From Octopus vulgaris (Eukaryota): DNA of 64,000 nt. Numbering within the stretch: position 1 is the stretch's first letter; each line of letters begins with the position of its first letter. Location of the stretch: contig OX597821.1 in NCBI GenBank assembly GCA_951406725.2, positions 112,530,001 to 112,594,000 on the forward strand, read 5' to 3'. The notes under the pieces were generated by a model, which was not told the DNA's origin, did no database searches, and was given only the letters and a program-made list of their open reading frames with translations. The position numbers and the translations under genes were made by a program. Positions 58,605 through 64,000 of this stretch are shown here, in pieces.

Positions 58605-58925
58605 TTGCAGCGTGGAAGGTGTTTGTAAGCCATTTAAGAAACACACAAAAACCGTTAGATTCACTTCAACATTTAAATTTAATTTGCCAAAATATTTTCC
58701 TCGCATTGAGACCGCGACCTGTTCACTGACAAAAATATCGTGCTAACAGGTCGCGGTCTCAAAGCGACGAAAATATTTTGACAAATTAAATTTAAATGTT
58801 GAAGTGAATCTAACGGTTTTTGTGTGTTTCTTAAATGGCTTATAAACACCTTCAACGCTGCAACTGTTTTCGTTCCAGCACACGATCTCAGATCAAGTCA
58901 CTTACTATGCAAGTACATCTCTGTA
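58605..58925. mobile_element. (TA)n-flanked repeat with 119-bp inverted arms (Penelope-like inverted terminal repeat)
   Basis: 58605-58723 is the near-perfect reverse complement of 58745-58863. Confidence 0.85.
58683..58733 (-). ncRNA. Type I hammerhead-like motif with compensatory G3:C8 core
   Basis: TTTGTCA-GTGAACA-G-GTCGC(GGTCTCAAT)GCGAG-GAAA-ATAT-TT-TGGCAAA; the other arm supplies the perfectly pairing GCGAC and TGACAAA. Confidence 0.62.
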
Positions 58926-59031
58926 ACTATATATATATTTATATATATATATATATATGTATGTATATTGGTAAAAACAGTAAGATAACAAAAGAAAGAA
59001 AGAGACCTCAATATTATGTAAATAGAGGAAA

Positions 59032-59427
59032 TCTTTATATATAAAAGTGAGGTTGTGTGTCTGTCTCCTACGATTTAGATTCCTAACTACTCCCACATTT
59101 TGAGGTGCAGTTTAACCAAAACCGGGTATCTTATAGTCGTGATTCATATCGAGACCGTCTGGGTATTAGCGCGCGTCTACGATGAGTCTACGATTTAAAA
59201 AAAAATTTACCATCAATTTTTCCCATTTTTAATCCATTTTTGACATATATAAGGGAAGTAACTCTCTAAAATTTATTATTAAATCTCAGAACGTAAAAAG
59301 CTACAGTAACACCCCCTCCCCCTTTGTGGTTAGCCAGATTGAGATGGCTATTATGCTTTACATCTCTAAAAATGCTTATATAATTATTTCCCTTACAAAC
59401 CCGAGCAACGCCGGGCGATACTGCTAG
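59032..59427 (+). mobile_element. Complete non-autonomous Helitron (396 bp)
   Basis: Inserted between A and T; 5' TC(TTTATATATAAAA); subterminal hairpin CCCGAGCAACGCCGGG (59400-59415) 8 nt before the 3' CTAG. Confidence 0.9.
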
Positions 59428-59850
59428 TATATATATATATGCACATACACACATATATTTGACGGGTTTCTACACAGTTTCTGTCTTACAAATTCACTCA
59501 CAAGGCATTGGTCAGCCTGGGGCTAAAGTAGAAGATACTTGCCCAAGATACTGTACCGTGGGACTGGACCCAAAACCACGTGGTTGCAAAGTGAACCATG
59601 CCTACGCCTCCAATAATGAAAGCGCCTCGAGTCGCATGAGAAAGATACACAGAAGGAGAATGAGAAATTGCAGTCGGATGAATGCACAGACAAGCAAGAG
59701 TGCCAAAGCATACAGACGAAAGAACCACAGCGGAGAGAAGTACTGGAACATCGTGGAAATGGAAAAAGGAAGAAACAACGATGGAAGCAAAAAACACGAA
59801 GTAAAAGATACCGAGATAAGTCGAAGAACGGTAAGTATATAAAATTATGG

Positions 59851-60305
59851 GGATCTTTTCGGTTTACCCGGCAGTTTTTTAAAATAATTTCCACGTAACT
59901 AAAAAATATTAAACTTCGTATACTGGTAGAATGTGTTTATAAAACATCCTTTTCTCTTGGCTTTATTGAGAAAATTCTATAGTTTGCAAGATATTTGTTG
60001 CTTTTTTTTTCTTCAATTTCTGTAATTTCAACCAATCACTAACGTCCATTCAGGTAAACAACATTCTGTGTCGTATGAATATGTCCCTCGTTTAAGAAAC
60101 AGATTGGGTTTATTTACATTTCTGAAGAAAAAAAGATACCCTTCCCCCCACCCCTAACCCTAACCCTAACCCTAACTAACTATAAATCTAACCCTAACCC
60201 TAAAACAGATTGAAATGCAATAGATCGATACTAGGGTCATAATTATGGGTGACAATTTCATATGACACTGCTAGAAAAAATCTGCCGTTCAAACTGAAAA
60301 GATCC
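59851..60305. mobile_element. GGATC-ended MITE with (CCCTAA)n, opposite orientation to 56134-56600
   Basis: TIRs GGATCTTTTCGGTTT / AAACTGAAAAGATCC; (CCCTAA)n at 60152-60203; TSD not clean. Confidence 0.88.
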
Positions 60306-60394
60306 GTAAATTATTATAAACAAAAAGAAGAAATAATGTAAAATGAATTGATGAACAAACAAGTATTTAAAATGTTTTTTTAAAAAAGTTACTT

Positions 60395-61656
60395 TTCTTT
60401 TGTAAAAAAAAAAAAAGGACACATATGAACGTTTATTTTAAAAGCAGGAAACGAAAGGAAAGGTCACGGTTTCGCATTGTAGCGAAAGTAGAGGTGGTTT
60501 TAAGTTTAATTGTAAAGTGTATTTGTAAGTTAATTGTAAAGTTTAATTGTAAAATTTAATCGTAAGTTAATTGTATTTTCTGTTGTAAAAAAAAGACACA
60601 TATGAATGTTTATTTTAAAAGCAGGAAACGAAAGGAAAGGTCACGGTTTCGCATTGTAGCGAAACTAGAGATGGCTTTAAGTTTAATTGTAAAGTGTATT
60701 TGTAAAGTTAATTGTAAAGTTTAATTGTAAAGTTAATGGATCTTTTCCTTTTGAACGGCAGTTTTCAATACAATTTCTAGTTAACTAAACACTTTTAAAC
60801 TTCGTATACTGGTAGAATGTGTCAAAATAAAACATTTTTTCTCTTGGCTTTCTTGAGAAAATGGTAATTTGTAAGTTTAACGTAGTTTAATTTTTTGAAT
60901 TCTAGCCAATCCTATGCCCTCTATTGAGCTAAAATCATTTGCAGCGTCTAAGACTGACACAACATCTTGTCACTAACCCTAACCCTAACCCTGAATTTTA
61001 GCCTTTCGGTTTTTTTTTCTTAATTTAATTGTTACGCGTGTATCTAAAATTATTCGTTTTGTTTTTGTTTTGAGTTTTTGCTTTCGTTTTAGCCTTTCGC
61101 TTTCTTTTCTTAATTGTTAAATTAAAATTATTTTCCATTGCTTTTGTTTTAGCCTTTCGTTTTTTTTTTCTTGATTGTTATCCTTAAATTAATTTAACAA
61201 TTAAGAAAAAAAAAAAACGAAAGGCTAAAATTTAGGGTTAGAATTAGTGACAGGATGTTGTCTGTTTTAGACGCAGCAAATGATTTTAGCTCAATAGAGG
61301 GCATAGGATTGGTTAAAATTCGAAAAATTAAACTACGTTAGACTTACAAATTACAATTTTCTCAAGAAAGTCAAGAGAAAAAAATGCTTTATTTTGACAC
61401 ATTTTACCAGTATACGAAGTTTAAAAGTGTTTAGTTAACTAGAAATTGTATTGAAAACTGCCGTTCAAAAGGAAAAGATCCAAGTTAATTGTAAATTTCA
61501 ATCGTAAAGTTAATTGTATTTTCTTTTGTAAAAAAAAAAAGGACACATATGAATGTTTATTTTAAAGGCAGGAAACGAAAGGACAGGTCACGGTTTCGCA
61601 TTGTAGCGAAACTAGAGGTGGTTTTAAGTTTAGTTGTAAAATGTATTTGTAAAGTT
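60395..61656. repeat. ~178-bp tandem repeat (about three units), second unit interrupted by a MITE
   Basis: GACACATATGAA..GGTCACGGTTTCGCATTGTAGCGAAA at ~60418, ~60595 and ~61542. Confidence 0.9.
60738..61481. mobile_element. Palindromic GGATC-ended MITE (744 bp, ~290-bp arms) with perfect 8-bp TSD
   Basis: AAGTTAAT at 60730-60737 and 61482-61489; terminal ~130 bp homologous to one end of the 455-bp MITE; (CCCTAA)n at ~60974-60993. Confidence 0.93.
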
Positions 61657-62075
61657 GGATCTTTTCGGTTTGAACGGCAGTTTTTAACATAATTCCTAGG
61701 TAATTAAAAAATTTTAAACTTCGTATACTGGTAGAATGTGTTTATAAAACATCTTTTTCTCTTGGCTTGAGAAAATTCTATAGTTTGTAAGATATTTGTT
61801 GTTTTTTTTCTTCAATTTCTGCAATTTCAACCAATCAATGACGTCTATTGAGGTGAAAATATTCTGTGCCGTATGAATATGTCCCTCGTTTAAGAAACAG
61901 ATTGGGTTTATTTACATTTGTGAAGAAAAAAGACCCTTCCCCCCACCCCTAACCTTAACCCTAACAAACCCTAAAACAGATTGAAATGCAATAGATCGAT
62001 ACTAGGGTCATAATTATGGCTGACAATTTCATATGACACCGGTAGAAAAAACTGCCGTTCAAACCGAAAAGATCC
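61657..62075. mobile_element. GGATC-ended MITE with telomere-like repeats
   Basis: Perfect 29-bp TIRs GGATCTTTTCGGTTTGAACGGCAGTTTTT; homologous to 59851-60305. Confidence 0.9.
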
Positions 62076-62308
62076 GCAAAGGAGGAATAGGCTCAATGGA
62101 GCCGTCCTGTTCACTAAGAGTTTTACCTCACATCCATCCATTTAACGCTGAAGAAATTCGAAGACATTTCTTTGTTTCAACGAAAAAAACAAAACAAACA
62201 AAAACGTCAACCTTTCTCGTAGGCATTTCCGAAGCTACTCACTAGAACTGCACTTTGCAAAATAGTTACGCAACACTCTAGTTTCACTTCAGTCTGTCTG
62301 TGTGCCAG

Positions 62309-62388
<80 letters not shown>

Positions 62389-63326
62389 TTTCTCTGGAAG
62401 TCATTACACAAAATATCTACTTTTTTACTTCCTTCTTCTATAAATGTTACATTTATCTTCCTAGCCTCGTACCATTTCCATTAGGAAGAATAAGTATTTC
62501 GAACCATTTTTTTCCATTTTATGTTTACAAATTTAATTTCAGCTAAATGCAATCTCTTTCAACTCCTTTTACCTCAATTAGCTTATGCCATTTGGTTGAT
62601 AACGAGTGATTTTGCTAGTTTCTTCCAGAAGCCGCTTTTATATAATAAGGAACAGCAAATGTTATTAGAATTCCTACAATGGGCTTTTTTTTCCCTTTTC
62701 CTTTCTTTCTTTTGTTCTTCTTATCATCGAATCACATCATCAATAGATGTTTCTCCATTTTTATTGCATTTTACCTTTTACTGTTTGAAACTCTGCCTAG
62801 CTTTATACAAGAATGCTATGTCAATCAAAGTAAGAACTTTCTCTCTCAGATCGTTCCACGCCCGGTTAATATTCTAGCGATGCCATCTAAAAAGAAGTAC
62901 ATTAGGAAAAATATCTTTCATCACCTGAAGAGCTTTCGAAAGGTATTTCTCTGTATCCTGCGTCTATCTGTTTGTGTTTTTTTTTATGTCTAAGTACTTA
63001 CATGTACATGCGCATGCGTATGTCGTTCTCAAATTCTGTGTGTGTGTGCAGGTGTAGATATGTCTGTGTTGGACCATATTAGTGTCTGTGATTTTAGTAA
63101 ACAATATAATGTCATGTTTTCAGAGATATTTTATGTACAGACATGTGTACAGTTGAATGGGAAACCATATTGTGTGAATGTCAATCTATAAATCCTTACA
63201 CCCCCCCACACACATATATATATATGCATATATGTATACATATATATACATATAAATATGTATGCATATATATGTATATATATATATGTATATATATATA
63301 TATAATATATACATATATATATATAC

Positions 63327-63358
<32 letters not shown>

Positions 63359-63418
63359 GTATATATATGTATATATATATATATACTTTATTTTAAGCAG
63401 CAGAAAATTCAACAAAAT

Positions 63419-63456
63419 CTGTTACTCTGAGTTTCTCGTTGCCGTTCATCAGACAG
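63419..63456 (-). ncRNA. Minimal type I hammerhead ribozyme in a (TA)n-anchored repeat
   Basis: CTGT-CTGATGA-ACG(GCAA)CGA-GAAA-CTC(A)GAG-TA-ACAG; the stem II closing pair is mismatched in this copy. Confidence 0.7.
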
Positions 63457-64000
63457 TTTTTGCTAGAATGGAACATATATATTAATTCAATCTATACTCT
63501 TACAAACGCTACACCTTTAAAAAGAAATGGACTTGTTTGATTGGCCCTTTAGAAAAAACGGTCAATCTTCGAGCGATAAACAAAAAGGTCAAAAATATAT
63601 GTATATATATATAAAAACTTATAAAAATTATAAAATCCGAGGAAAATACCGAGGAAAAAACCTGTTGCCGTTAATGAAGACAGTACAAATTAATGCATAG
63701 AAATTAAACCTGTTATAAATACTGCAATACATATTTATATTAAAATCCACATATATATATCAACATACACAAAAGGATGCGCGTAAACGCCATACATACA
63801 CATACAGACGTATGAATATGAATCTAAATTATACACATAAAAGCATGTGTACATATATTCACGCAAACCGTCTCGCACGCAAGCTAAAATTCATCTATGT
63901 AGCAATTCTCATATACTGAGCAAGGAGGGGGAACGAAAGAAAGGGAAAGAGAGAAAAAGGAACGGAGGAGGGGTGGGGGGAAAAAACTTGTAGCTATGTT

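Larger units (their letters stand above)
58303..59610 (-). mobile_element. SINE family A split by nested insertions in its internal microsatellite
   Basis: 3' half at 58303-58520 and 5' half at 59458-59610, same orientation and correct order. Confidence 0.75.

Noticed and set aside
60152-60203. (CCCTAA)n as a true telomere or fusion site
   Set aside because: Short, degenerate and internal to a TIR-bounded MITE present in several copies.
59851-62075. Composite transposon bounded by two direct MITE copies
   Set aside because: No shared TSD outside the pair (AATTATGG vs GCAAAGGA).
62921-62950. CTGAAGAGCTTTCGAAAGGTA hammerhead-like string
   Set aside because: Only a 1-bp stem II and no stem I; likely chance.

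Overview
AT-rich eukaryotic, repeat-saturated non-coding DNA. The SINE families and the extreme microsatellite load look like an Octopus (coleoid cephalopod) genome; this is inferred, not proven. No intact protein-coding gene can be supported: almost all listed ORFs are microsatellite artefacts, and the only recognisable protein remnants are from transposons (Penelope-like RT/GIY-YIG, mariner/Tc1, RTE, R4/Dong-like). The window holds three abundant tRNA-derived SINE families (A, B, C), a complete non-autonomous Helitron, GGATC-ended MITEs carrying (TTAGGG)n, and a 4.6-kb (TAA/TGA)n array. The most notable signal is a set of at least six unrelated, mostly (TA)n-embedded repeat families, each carrying a type I hammerhead ribozyme (HHR) motif. 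They include a ~480-bp tandem and inverted retrozyme-like array with intact hammerheads (42381-44124) and two non-canonical cores (a compensatory G3:C8 core and a U6 core). All folds and alignments were done by eye.
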